Assembly: GCF_006345805.1 (NCBI RefSeq)
Contig: NC_042999.1
Coordinates: forward strand, 3,038,001-3,102,000
Direction: 5' to 3'
Origin: Octopus sinensis
Lineage: Eukaryota
Length of the DNA stretch: 64,000 nt
In this document: in pieces, positions 26,447-39,561 of the stretch
Numbering within the stretch: position 1 is the first letter of the stretch
How the letters are laid out: every line of letters begins with the position of its first letter
The notes under the pieces: generated by a model
Seen by the model: the letters and a program-made list of their open reading frames with translations, nothing else
What the model was told of the DNA's origin: nothing
The model's database searches: none
Translations under genes and position numbers: made by a program

Positions 26447-26745
26447 GAAGGTGCGTAGCTTTGTGGTTAGGGCATTTGGCTCATGATTGTGAGTTCAATT
26501 CCCGGTGACGTGTTGTGTCCTTGAGCAAGACACTTTATTTCACATTGCTCCAGTCCACTCAGCTGGCAAAAATGAGCAGTACCTATATTTCAAAGGATCA
26601 GCTTTGTCACACTGAATCTCCCTGAGAACTACATTAAGGGTACATATGTCTGTGGAGTGCTCAGCCACTTACACATTAATTTCACAAGCAAGCTGTTCCA
26701 TTGATCATATCAGCATTACCCTCATCATCGTAACCAAAGAAGTGC
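26447..26745 (+). mobile_element. CORE-like SINE (head H2 + tail T2)
   Basis: GAGTTCAATTCC B-box and TGTGTCCTTGAGCAAGACAC; homologous to 13995-14296. Confidence 0.75.
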
Positions 26746-27306
26746 TCCTTTTTTTATGAGTCCAATATTTCAGAACTTAAAAGTCTCTTCATCAGAGTTT
26801 AAGGAACTTACTTTGGATAGAATTTTTTGATTCCAATTTAAATTTATTTTTCAAACGTTCTTGATGGTTATTTCGCTTTCCTTGTGAATGACGTCAATCA
26901 CTAATATAGTATTTTGCAACCAAATTTTCTTTTATGTATGAGATGTTTAGTTTGTGTGCCGGTGGATATGTATGTTTATGTTAAGTACTTACTGTGTGCC
27001 GAGTTCTGATCTATTGTCTATTTCCAGGTTGAAGCTATGTATAAACAAAGCTTCCTTAATTCTTAAGATGCCTACATTTCTAAGAAGTTATTTGTCGTAA
27101 AATTTAAAACATTCATCTTCAATAATGTAACTTTTCTAAATTATTGCTCATGAGATAAATATGTAAAACGTAAAGCCATTGGCATCTCCTACAGGCTGAT
27201 GGCTAATGATATTGTTTCCATTATTTGAGTGATTAAACTATTTCAAAGAACAGATTCAAACATAAAAAAATAAAGAAGCTCCAGTCAAAGACTTCAAGAT
27301 GGTGAT

Positions 27307-28030
27307 TAACCCTTTTTGGTACCAACCCACTTGAGACCTCCTCTACTGCTATGATGACATTTTTTTCTATTTCAAAGTGATCTAAATTAAAGCTTTTCAT
27401 TAAAATTTTGTATTAATTTACGTTTCAAACACCAACTTAATGAGAATTATCAGCTTAATAATGACAGTTATTAGATTAATAATGACAGTTATTTTACTAA
27501 ATTCCTTCTTAATTAATTGAAAATTAATTGAAACAAAGGCAGTATATTTGAGCCATATTGTGATAACAAAAAAAAAAGGGAGTTAAACGTTTTACTACCG
27601 ACTCACCTGCGATTAGTCCCGTTTCTATGATACAAACTGTTTTCTATTTTTTTTTTTTACAATGGTCTAAATTAAAACCTTTCCTTAAAATTCCTTGTTA
27701 ATTTATGTTCCAAACATCAGCTTAATAATGAGTTATTTTACTAAATTCTTCATTATTTTCGAAATTAATTGAAACAAAAGGCAGTGTATTTGAGCAGCAA
27801 TGTGGAAGCAAACCCGTTAACCCTTTTCATACCGTCCCACATAAGACTCGTCTTGTTTCTATGCTCCAAACTTCTTATTCCAAAGGGATCTAAATTATAA
27901 TCTTCTATCAAGAATTTCAGGTTAATTTATGTTCCAAACAAAAGCTTATTAACAACAAAGTTATTTTACCAAATTCCAAATTATTTTCCCAAAATTAATT
28001 CAAACAAAAGCAGGGCATTTCAACAGAAAC
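27307..28030. mobile_element. Three adjacent degraded piggyBac-like MITEs
   Basis: TTAACCCTTT starts at about 27307 and 27818; body homologous to 62267-62742. Confidence 0.65.
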
Positions 28031-28411
28031 GGTTGAAGGAATCTAAATAGCTGTGGTGTACATAAAAGCAGTTGAGCATCTGCTAAATAGTTTTGCTCTG
28101 AGTAAAGGGGAATTTGAATTAAGATGTTTAGTATTATATAGTCAGATGAATAGATAATTAAAAATTTTTTTCTTTGATTTTAATACCTTTTAAACTTTCA
28201 AAACATTTATGTCCACAAACCTTTAAAGCTTTTATATCCTTGACCTTTTTAAGAAAAAAAAATTATGACCCCCAACCTATTACAGAAAATTAAACCTCCT
28301 TGTACTTTACTACCTCTATCATGTGCAGATAGGAATGTAATATGAAAAGATATTAAGAAAAGATAAAATGTTAGGTTTATAAGCCCCAAAATTCACTCTA
28401 TAATTGCCAAT

Positions 28412-28720
28412 GGGCATATAGCATAGCGCATAAGAGCATGGGCTACTAACCCTTGGATTCTGAGCTCAGTCCCTGGGCGGGACTTGGGAAATGATATTAA
28501 CAGAAAAAAAAAGATATTTGCATAAAAGAATACCTTAGGAATGAGAACAGTGTACCCTAATAGTCAAATAAATGGTTGGGTTTGAAATTTTACCAGACCA
28601 CCTGATGAAGGCTGGAGAGTACATCGACCGAAATGTTGTGGTAATAACAAAGAAGGTGAGGACACCTACCTGTCCATTGTAAATATTGTACACAATTCAT
28701 CACCTCAAAAATATAGTATT
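28412..28720 (+). mobile_element. Family D element with full tRNA-like head
   Basis: Degenerate A-box, GGG-CTACTAA-CCC anticodon-arm-like stem, then AATACCTTAGGAATGAGAAC, the hammerhead and the shared 3' end. Confidence 0.65.
28598..28641 (+). ncRNA. Minimal type I hammerhead ribozyme motif, degenerate
   Basis: CCAC-CUGAUGA-A-GGCUG(10 nt)CGACC-GAAA-UGU-U-GUGG; stem I CCAC/GUGG still pairs. Confidence 0.6.
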
Positions 28721-28907
28721 ACCTCTATCATATTCTATACTATTTTGCTTTATTTTGTATTTCTTTGATTTCCCCACTTTATTGTACCTTGTTCTGTTTT
28801 ACTTTATTTTATTTTATTCTGTTTCTTCTCATCTTCCTCCCTACCTATCCTACTGACACTGTTACCTTGTTATCTTAGTTTATATACATAGCAGTCCAAC
28901 CCATACT

Positions 28908-29139
28908 TATTTCTTTACTACCCACTAGGGGCTAAACACAGAGAGGACAAACGAGGACAGACATAGGTATTAAGTCGATTACATCGACCCCAGTGCGTAA
29001 CTGGTACTTAATTTATCGACCTCGAAAGGATGAAAGGCAAAGTCGACTTCGGCAGAATTTGAACTCACAACGTAACGGCAGACGAAATACCGCTAAGCAT
29101 TTTGCCCGGCGTGCTAACGTTTCTGCCAACTCGCCGCCT
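28908..29139 (-). mobile_element. Full-length SINE family A
   Basis: Near-consensus copy from GGCGGCGAG head to AGTAAAGAAATA tail. Confidence 0.85.
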
Positions 29140-29361
29140 TTTTAACAGTCCAACCCATGCCAGCAAGGACAACAGACATTAAATGATGATGATGAATGCT
29201 GACTTCTAACAAAGACACAAGGTCTCAGATGTAGAATATGAATATAGCCAGTTAGATTCTTTTCTACTCTAGGCACAAGGCCCAACATTTTTGGGGAGGG
29301 GGCCAGTCGATTAGATTGACCCAGTTTGCATACATGTAAAATTGTATGTATCATCATAATC

Positions 29362-29770
29362 ATCATCATCGCTTAATGTCCGTTTTCGTTTCTACGGCTG
29401 GATGCCCTTGCTAACGCCAACCACTCCGTGAGTGTAGTGGGTGTTTTTTACGTGCCACCTGCACAGGTGCCAGACGAGGCTGGCAACGGCCACAATCGGA
29501 TGGTGCATTTTACATGCCACCGGCACGGAGGCCAGTTGGGATGGCACTGGCAACGGCCACATTCGGATGGTTCTCTTACGTGCCACCAGCACTGGTATCA
29601 CAACTACAATTTTTATTGATGTTGATCGATTTTGATTTTGATTTTCATTTTCACTTGCCTCAACAGGTCTTCACAAGTAGGGTTTGTGTCACAAGAAGGA
29701 AAGGTATGCATAAGTGGGCTGGCTACGTCCCAGGTAGAGGCCACGGGTTATGATCTCACTTGTCCTGCTG
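29362..29770 (-). mobile_element. SINE family C with an internal deletion and extended 5' body
   Basis: Shares its body with 17461-17852. Confidence 0.75.
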
Positions 29771-31359
29771 GGTCTATGTATATATATATGTATGTATGTA
29801 TGTATATCTGTATATTTCAAGAATGCATTCACACGTAACAGCTACAATATCAACATAATCATCATCATCAACATCTTTCTCATTATCCTCGTTATCATTT
29901 TTGTTAATCTTCATCAGTCTGCTAAGCCGCAAAGTAGGTGCCACTCTCATATCACAATTACCTGATTGACTGCAAGATGATATTTACTTGTATAAAAAAA
30001 GATTCTCTGGGTTTTGTTTTTTTCCCTTTTTTTTTCAACAATACGCGAATGTTTCGATTTGTGAAAATGAACCCCTGCCTGGCAACAACACCAACAAGAA
30101 CAGCAACAACAACAACAACAACAGAATTAAAGAAATATTGATGAATCAATTCCCTGCAGATAAACAGTATTTTCCAATTTTTATTTTCTCATCCATCAAG
30201 CTATGAGTGATTTGAGAAATAAGAAGAAATTAATGCCAGACCATTCCAAAGTAAGGAGAAACTAAAATCATGAAATTGGTCTTGTTATTTATGCCAGGAA
30301 AAATCCAGTTGAGCAGACCAATGGCCAAAAAGCGTTCCAAATGTGACCATCGCATCTTTTACACAAGTAATTGCACCCAGGAAACAACATAATAGATAAT
30401 GATCTATTGTGTTGTTTCCTGTGGTGTTACAGAGAGTTGGCTGCTGTTTCTAGCAGGTTGAACAACTATGTAGAGGTACTTTTCTTGGCTCAAAAATAAT
30501 ACAGTTTAGTTGCCTTTGAACATTAATCCAGTATAATTCTACATGACAATCTTTGTTCTTTTCAGTCACTGGACTGCGGCCATGCTGGGGCACAGCCTTG
30601 AAGGATTTTATTCAAAAGATTTGACTCCAATACTTAATTTTTTAAAAATCTGGTATTTATTGTATTAGTCTCTTTTGCTGAACAACTAAGTTACAGGGAT
30701 GTGAACAAACCAACTTTGTTATTAAACAGAGAATAGAGGACAAATGCACACATACACAAACACATATATATGTATATACACATGTCAGAGTCTCATGATG
30801 GCTTTGACGTATGAGGATCTGACAGCCAATCTTATGGATGTTAGATGACCCATACAGAGGATTTATTTTCAACAGTGAAGGTTTTCATGGGACCTGACAC
30901 ACATTCAGGAAATGCTGATAGCAGAGAATTGGTTCAAATATACTTGGTGGCCCTGTTGATGCTGGTGCCATTGAAAGAGCACCCACTCCGCTCTGTAAAG
31001 TGGTTGGCTCTAGGAAGGGTATCAAGCCATAGGAATCATGCCAAAACAGACAATATTCCTGGTCTTACCTGCTGCTGTGAAACCCTCCAACTCATGCCAG
31101 CATGGAAAACAGATGTTAGATGATATATATATAGATATATATATAGATGTGTGTGTATAGTAATATGTAAATGTAAGATCCAAGGATCAAGGTGTAGGAA
31201 GGTAGTAAGCTTCAAGCAGTCTGTAGAAGACATAAAAAAAAGCAACTTTCAGGAACAATAGCAGTTTATTGACATAGAAACATAAAAGTAACTGTGAAAC
31301 ATATGTAACCTGGATTTTATCTATTCCATTCCCTAAATTTGGATGCATGTGTGTGTGTG

Positions 31360-31412
<53 letters not shown>

Positions 31413-31440
31413 ATATATATATATAATATATATATATATT

Positions 31441-31634
31441 GGCCATGATTGATTGCTAGCCACTAAACCTTTTTTATTTTCTCTCTCTACTTATTTCTGT
31501 GTTCCTTTCTGTCGAAGGGCATAGGCTCGAAACGTAAAAGATTTTTTCACCTTCCCAAGCATTAGACTAATACATCTGTTTGTTGTTTACACACCCGTCT
31601 TTGCCTATTGTTTTGATTTTTTGTAAATACCAAC
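31441..31634 (+). mobile_element. Penelope-like terminal fragment in (TA)n
   Basis: About 190 bp, pyrimidine-rich, TA-flanked, contains a minimal hammerhead-like motif. Confidence 0.55.
31505..31540 (+). ncRNA. Minimal hammerhead-like motif with a variant core
   Basis: CUUU-CUGUCGA-A-GGGC(AUAG)GCUC-GAAA-CGU-A-AAAG; A6 is U. Confidence 0.55.
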
Positions 31635-31900
31635 TATATATATATATATGTATGTATAAAGAGAGATCCAGAGGAATAATTACAAGGTAGCCAGATGTCA
31701 CATAAGTGTCCTAGGAATCAGTGTTCACACTTGATGCACACTGTTGTTTATATCCTCCCTGCTAAGATTGATGCATTACTCCACATTATTCATCCTGTCA
31801 GATTTATTTCGAATGCATCCATTGAAACATATGTCGATGATATGAAGATATTAATGATTTAAAAACATCTTGAGCATTTCTCTCCACTTTCAATTTTTCC

Positions 31901-31941
<41 letters not shown>

Positions 31942-33039
31942 GGATGTGTGTGTATGTGTATAGGAGCTTGCTCACAGATTCCATGTATCAAATTCACTCT
32001 CAAGACACTGATTGGCCCAGGGCTAGAGTAGAGGGCACTTGCCTAAGGTGCTGAATAATGTGACTGAACCCAAAACCAGTGATTTATAATATATATTGAA
32101 GAACAAGATCACTTTTACATTGATATTAAGCAACATTATAGATACATATCACACAAAAGTGTGTTTTACCTAGATTTATGTCCAAAGTGTCACTTCCTTT
32201 TGTTATTTTCTCTATTTTTCTGTCAGTATATTCCAATATTTATTGCATTTACTCTGGCAGATGAGAGACCATAAATTAGTTTTAAACTTGTAAACCCATG
32301 AGCCAGACGCTAGACACCTTATCATCTCATTTATCGTGACTTTTCCAACAAATTGCATCGGCAATACAATGAACCGACATTCAACCTTACCGAAAACACT
32401 TCCAGCAATATAAACACCCATCCAGCCATTACAAGTTCTGATCAATTTAATTAAAACAAAATAATTGCCGCCTTGACAATTATTGTTTGAAGTGATAAAA
32501 ACTGAATTGATTAGCCTGATGTTTAAATTGTCTAAACGTATGTTTGCTGGATACAAATCTTTCAAGACGACTTCCTTGGAAACAAAGACGGCAAGAATTT
32601 ACTTTTTGAAGTATCTCCTGAGAGTAATGAAAAACAATCATTGTCTACGAGGAATATTTCTGAAAAGGAACCAGAATAACAAGAAGTCAAATAGAGTTTC
32701 ATGAAAAGATTTTCTTTCACACAGAAACGGTTGTGGCTTTGACAAATAAAGAATAATTACAAAAGAAGCTGGAGGGGTGGTGGTGGGTGGGCGGGGTGCT
32801 AAAAGCAACGATTCAAGACTGAGTAGATGTTCCGTTTAAAAAGCAAAAATATTGTATTCGCTGCATTGTAAAGTTTAGTTTAGAAGAAAGAGCTTCTCAA
32901 TGTTACAAATACCAGTGACATACATGTATCATCACCATCATCACCATCATTACCCATTATCATTACCGCCATGATAATCCCCTTCATCATCATCATCATT
33001 GTTATCATCATCATCATTATAATCATTATTGTTCTAAAG

Positions 33040-33683
33040 TTCAGCATAGACCCCTGCCCATTCAAAGTACCCTGGATCCCGGAACGTCTCGCTGTGCTTG
33101 AGGAGACCTGTTGAGTCAAGAACATGAACATCGAAATAAATATCAATCGAAATAGTAGTTGTAATACCTGTGCCGGTGGCACATAAAAAGCAACATCCAA
33201 ACGTGGCCGATGCCAGCGCCGCCTTGACTGGCTTCTGTGCCGGTGGCACATAAAAAGCACCATCCGAACATGGCCCTTGCCAGCACCGCCTCGACTGGCT
33301 TCTGTGCCGGTGGCACATAAAAAGCACCATCCGAATGTGGCCGATGCCAGCGCCGCCCCGACTGGCTTCTGTGCCGGTGGCACATAAAAAGCACCATCTG
33401 AACGTGGTCGTTGCCAGCGTCGCCTTGGCTGGCTTCCTTGCCGGTGGCACATTAAAAGCTCCAACCAATCGTTGCCGATGCCAGACCCCCCTGGCACCTG
33501 TGCAGGTGGCACGTATAAAGCACCCACTACACTCGCGGAGTAGTTGGCATTAGGAAGGGCATCCAGCTGTAGAAACTCTGTCAGATCAGACTGGAGCCTG
33601 GTGCAGCCCCTGGCTTCCCAGACCCCGGTCGAAACGTCCAACCCAGCGCGGAAAATGGACATTAAACGATGATGATGATGATG
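33040..33683 (+). mobile_element. SINE family C with five exact-period 67-bp units
   Basis: Units start at 33168, 33235, 33302, 33369 and 33436. Confidence 0.85.
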
Positions 33684-33694
33684 ATATATATAAA

Positions 33695-33900
33695 GTTAAT
33701 CCAAACAAGAAAACACAAAAAAACACAACAACGCGAGGACATGGAACAAATAAAGTATTATTGGATGCTCAGGAAAGAAGGAAAGAAGGAGGGTTTAACG
33801 TTTCGAGCGGAGCTCTTCGTCAGAAACATAGGAGAAGGAAAGATCCAGAGAAGGGAAGACAGAGGAAAAAAAATCGCCAACGGTACACACAAGGTCACAT
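33695..33900 (-). mobile_element. Penelope-like terminal fragment with an intact hammerhead
   Basis: TA-flanked; homologous to 14587-14801. Confidence 0.65.
33793..33827 (-). ncRNA. Minimal type I hammerhead ribozyme
   Basis: GUUU-CUGACGA-A-GAGC(UCC)GCUC-GAAA-CGU-U-AAAC; palindromic ACGU stem III. Confidence 0.75.
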
Positions 33901-34179
33901 TTATATATATATATATCTTATACTTGTTTCAGTCACTAGACTACGGTCATTCTGGGGCACCACCATGAAGAATCTGTAGTTGAATGCATCAACCGCAGTA
34001 CTTGTTTTTTTTCTTCTGTTTTTTAAAACCTGGTACATATTTTATCAGTAACTTTTGCCAAACCACTAGGTCATGGGGATGCACACACACACACACACCA
34101 GCACCTGTTGTCAAGTGATGGGGTGGGGACAAGCACACACACACATTTATATGTATATATACGACACTATATATATCGT

Positions 34180-34535
34180 GCATGGCCGATGCCAGTGCCA
34201 CCTGACTGGCGCCTGTGACCATGGCTCATGAAATGCACCGTTTCAGTGTGGCTGATGCCAGTGCCACCTGACTGGCACTCATGCCAATGGTATGTAAAAA
34301 GCACTATTTGAGCAATGCCGATGCCAGTGCTGCCTGACTGGCTCTCATGGCAGTGGCACATAAAAGCACCCACTACACTCTTAGAGTGGTTGGCATTAGG
34401 AAGGGCATCCAGCTGTATAAAACCTTGCCAAATCAGATTGGAGCCTGGTGCAGCCTCCCAGTTTGCCAGTTCTCAGTCAGACCATCCAACCCATACCAGA
34501 ATGGTAAACGGATGTTAAACAATGATGATGATGAG
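34180..34535 (+). mobile_element. SINE family C, degraded
   Basis: Three internal units plus tail. Confidence 0.7.
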
Positions 34536-36974
34536 CTCCCTTCAGTTTCTGTCAACGAAATCTACTTACAAGGATTTGGTCAAAGGCTATAGTAGAACAC
34601 ACTTTCCCAAGGTGCTACACAGCTCGCCTGAACCATGTGGTTGGGAAGCAAGCTTCATATCACACAGTCATGTCTGCACATATGCATGTATATATACATA
34701 TATATTTACACACAAAAACACATAGGGATTTTCATAGAAAAAAAGCACCTTTTTGATGTAAATGATTTTTGGTGTTAACATGGTCCGATTTGAATTTTAT
34801 CTTCTACGGAAGGAAGAGCAACCCTTCTTCTATCATACTCTCAATTTTAGTCAACTTGCGCCGCAGGGTCTCGGAGGAGATAGTGTTAGTTGAAGGTTAC
34901 CAAACCTGGCGTACACAGACAACTTCAGCTTTATATAGAGAGAGATAACACATTCACATTAATACACACACACACACACACACACACATGTATGGATGTA
35001 TGTATGTATATATGTACATGAACCCAGGACCATGTGTTTGGAATGTAGTTTGTTACCACACAGCCACACCTGCCCCTATGTATGTGTGTGTGTGTGTGCG
35101 TATGTGTGTATGGGTAGATATATTATGCATGTATATATGTGTATATACATATGTGTACATATTACATGTACATCTATATATATATATACATCTACACATA
35201 AAGTACAAAATACAAAGTTATATCTTGATATCGCTAGTGATAACAATACTCAAAATATATAACAGACTAGAATTGTAGGCCTGTCTCTTGCAATTTCGAT
35301 CAGTTGGATCTTGTCCTCCCTCTTGTATAGAAGTGTACAGCTGCAGTGAAATTCATTTTTGGACTTTCTTCTATCGAAAGCATTTTAACAAAAATGCTTC
35401 CGTAAAGACAGTGAAAATATTGTCAATTTTCCCAAACAGGGACACAATTCAATTTTTAAACAATAACCAAAGCCCCTTCTCCGAAAGGGGGAGGTTACAG
35501 TTTACAATTATTTAACAAATGCAACACAACAACGTTTCCCTGACACGGAACCAACAAACGTGATTACAATAGTCAAAAAGTAATAATAATAACAACAAAC
35601 CTTTTTAATTTATCCCCATTTATGTGAAACCACTTATTCAAGTTCAAGTCATTGATGCAATTTTATACGAATTGCTAATACACACACACACATACACACA
35701 CACACATAATAAGGGAATACTTTCACTTTAATAGTTTCACACTTGCAAAGAGAAAGTAGGAGAAAGTGTGGTGGTAATAGCAGGAGTAAACCACTTGAAA
35801 TGTGAGAGGCAAATCGTAAAATATTGAGTTTTCTCGAATCTTTGCTTAATAGGGGGTCAAATTGAAAAAACTTGATATGCCATGACCCAATCGAATCTAC
35901 TTGGAAAAATCATAGGTAAATTCCAATTGAAGAAATTCTATATTGTAGAATTGTATTAAAAAGAAACATGGGAACAGGCAGAGAAAATCTGACTTTTATC
36001 ATAAGAGATGTGTATACACGACACGTTTTTTTTCAGTTTCTGTGAATCAAATCCATGAATCCACTCAGTCTAGTATTGTAGAAGAAGGCACAAGGTGACA
36101 AGGACAGTTCTATGCATTTCCTTGACCTTAACCTGAAAGAATTAGCAACTGTATCTTCATTGAATCACTTCCTTTCATCTTGGAACAACACCAACACACG
36201 AACTTATACCTACCCTCAAACATACACTTGGTCATGTTCACTGGATACATTGTCTTGGGTAGTCACAGCTGGAATACTTTTGATCAGAGATCTGCATGAT
36301 TACGACCGACCCTGGGGCTAAACAGTAGCAACAGCAACCATTAACAACAGCATTATTCTATTACTTACTACAATGCATCGAGATGAAAGGAATCACATCT
36401 ATAAAATATGATCTGTGAAGATTGATAAAACATTGCTTTATCAATAATTATGTATTATTGACAAAACATAATATATTTACTGACTAATATAGATTGTTTC
36501 ATTAAGTTTATGCTTCGTCTGTCTACAACATGATTTCTGTCTTTGATCTCTGATCAAATCCTCAAGGAAAGATTTTGTTCTTTTACGATGAGTGTTCAAG
36601 TCCTACCAAAATTGATTTTGTCTTTCATTCTCTGAGGAGGCAGGGGAAATAAATAAAGAAATACCAGTGAGCTGCTGGGGGTTGATTTAATTGTCTTTAT
36701 TTCCACCCTCAGAATATCAGACCTTATGATTTTATTATTATTATTATTATTGATTATTATTGTTAAGGCTGTGAGCTGGCAGAGCCATTAGGTTGCCAAG
36801 CAAAATACTTAGCAGTTTGTCTGCTTTTCCACTAAGAGTTCAAATTCCGCTGAAGTCGACTTTACCTTTCATCCTTTCAGGGTTGATAAAACAAGTGCCA
36901 GTTGAGCACTGGTCCTGATGCAGTTGATTAACCCTTCTCCTAAACTTGCTGGCTTTGTGCCAAAATTTAAATTT

Positions 36975-37350
36975 ATTATTACCTCTACCCTAGCAAAGGC
37001 AGAGGTATTGTTTTCAGTTGTGTTTGTTTGTAGTCTGTGGACAAGATATCTCAAGAACTGCAGGATGGATTTGAATGAAACTTTCAAGGATATTTGGCCT
37101 CATGACTGGCACAAACTGGTTAGATTTTGGGAGTGATCTGGTAACAGACAAGGATTGTGGATTATTTGTTATATTTACTTTACTTTACATAAAGTATTAC
37201 AATCTTATGTTCACTTTCAAGTCTTTCTCTGATTATCTCTCTTGAAAGCACATTCATGGTTTACATGTAAGCTATGGTGGCGTTACTGTTTCCAAAGTTT
37301 TATTTTCATTTCTCTATTATTAATTTTACTCGTATCTCTATCTTAGTAGA
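36975..37350. mobile_element. Helitron/Helentron-like non-autonomous element
   Basis: ATTACCTC...AAGGCAGAGGTATTGTTTTC...GGATTTGAATGAAACTT...TTAGATTTTGG resembles HINE/DINE-type ends. Confidence 0.4.
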
Positions 37351-39561
37351 AACTGATGGGTAAAGAAATCAAACTACATAAACAAATTGCAGCAAAACCG
37401 TTCAGAAATTAAATAACACTAACATGTTCAGCAACAATAATAAATTTGATTTATCCCCAACAATTTTCAGTTTTACCAATTTTGAATACATCGCTCCTGT
37501 TTAAAACCTTTTAACTACTTTGATACAACAACTGACTCGCTTTCTTCCCTCAAAATTTCTGACAAAGTACTGAGATATGTGACACATTGCTGTACTGAAG
37601 ATCTGCCCAACAGAACTGATATCCTAAAGCCAAGGTGCCACATAAAATGTACTGGTGTTGGTGCCATGTAAAAGGCTTTACTTCTTGGACACAGGTTTTT
37701 GTGTGCAATGATGTTGTTAAACCTTTAACAGCACTGTATGTTAGTAGTTGATGTTAGAAAGGGGGCATCAAGCTCTAAATTCTGTTATCTGTCTTTATGC
37801 ATGATAATAAAATCTTCTGTGGGTGTTGTTCTGAAATTTTCTCACACAGCCCAAGAAACACATTTTCATTCATCAACTCAACCAGTCACTACTAAAAGAC
37901 TGGCCCTACCGACCACAGACTATGACAGCTTCTTTGTCAAAGCAAAGAAATGCTGTTTGGTTTTACAAAATTCTCCCAACATTTATTTTTCTATGAACTG
38001 TGAAAAGTCCAAAATTCTGTCTGTTCAGTTTATGTCACGCAAAGTTTCAGCACCTTCAGTCACAATTATTGATTAGTGAATTTTTACTTTTTGGTTTTAT
38101 GCTGCATATAGTCACCTTCATTATGTTATGTGTGTGTGTGTGGGGGGGTATGCGCGCATGCATATATGTCTATATATCATCATCATCGTTTAACGTCCGC
38201 TCTCCATGCTAGCATGGGTTGGACGGTTCAACTGGGGTATATACTATACACACACACACACAATGGGCTTCCACACAGTTTTCATCTACTAAATTTACTC
38301 ATGAAGCATTGGTGAGCCCAGGACTATAGGAGAAGCCGCCTACCCAATGAGCCATGCAGGGGGATTGAACACAAAACTATATGGCTTCAAAGCAACTTTC
38401 TTAACCACCCGTCCATCCTTTCACATATTTCCCTGCTATTAAATACATCTCTACATATTTTCCAATCAATATATGCATTTCTCACATTTTGTCCATCAAA
38501 TTTCATTCACAACATATTGGCCTGTTTAATTTCTCCCTCAAGTGCCATATTGAACATAAAAGAATGTACTTAATCTGAGCCGAAATATTCACCAACACAC
38601 AGAACATTGCACTCTTTAATTTTTCCCAAAGTATCATTGCAAGTGTTTAGCAACATAAAATTACCATTCAATAGAACAATGATTATGATAAAAGAGATAC
38701 AAATGCACGTATGCTTTTAGACTGCACTGCATTACCTGCGATGCAGTTGCAAGTGTGAGATACGGTACAGAACACAATGTATGAAGCAACACGGAATTTG
38801 ATGCAAAAGTTAGGGCATGTGTCTGTTTCATATGTGACTGGCATTTCTGGGATGGAAGTCTTTGGTGTTTCATAGACGTTTAACCCTTCAGTATTCAGTA
38901 ACAAGCAAACCTGGGCACCAACTGTTAATTGTTAATTAACAAAGTTTAAATTTTTCTTAACGATTTAAGTTTTAAGTTAACTTTGGAAATCATTATCAAA
39001 CTAATTAACTTCCATTAAATGAAATCAACTTGAGTTAACTTCCGTTAACTTGAATTCGGTTGAAGTTAACAAATTTTAAAGTTTTGGCACATTTTAAAGT
39101 TGTTTTTTGGTGGTTTTAGAGCAAAAACAGATTTAAAAAATTTTTTTTTTTCTATAATAAAAATTAACGTTAATGGTTTATCAATAACTTCTGTTACATT
39201 TTTAACATCATACAAGCAATCTGGTTTGTTTTCAGTCTTCCATGAACAACATAGAAACATGTCTAGCCATGGGAGAAATCTTACCTTACTTGGAAACAGG
39301 TGAGGGTTGGCAACAGGAAGGGCACCTGACCCATAGGAAGATCTGCCTCAGTAATGACGACATGGAAAATTTGATGTTGAAATGACAATGGCGATGACAA
39401 CAATGACAGTGATGATTGTATCAATGAGGTTGCTGAATGATTTCAGTCCTTTTGTTTTCAGAATATCACAGTATTGACCAGACAATCAGATGCTGTTATA
39501 CATCACTGGTCACAATGAGCTTCCAATTTTGTCTTGATTGGGCCGTCCTTAAAATTCTGCA

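Noticed and set aside
26761-26800. Minus-strand CUGAUGA-AGAG...UUCU-GAAA-UAUU hammerhead-like match
   Set aside because: Stem I is only about 2 bp and there is no second copy; compatible with chance in AT-rich DNA.
32212-32565. 117-aa non-repetitive minus-strand ORF
   Set aside because: No recognisable domain or consistent splice boundaries.
33168-33500. CRISPR-like look of the regularly spaced palindromic repeat
   Set aside because: Units are near-identical along their whole length with no unique spacers; eukaryotic SINE context and no cas genes.
32880-33662. 260-aa ORF with repeated FYVPPA motif (also 17509-17936, 18863-19285, 47424-47832)
   Set aside because: Produced by the 67-bp SINE units, not frame-preserving, no recognisable domain.
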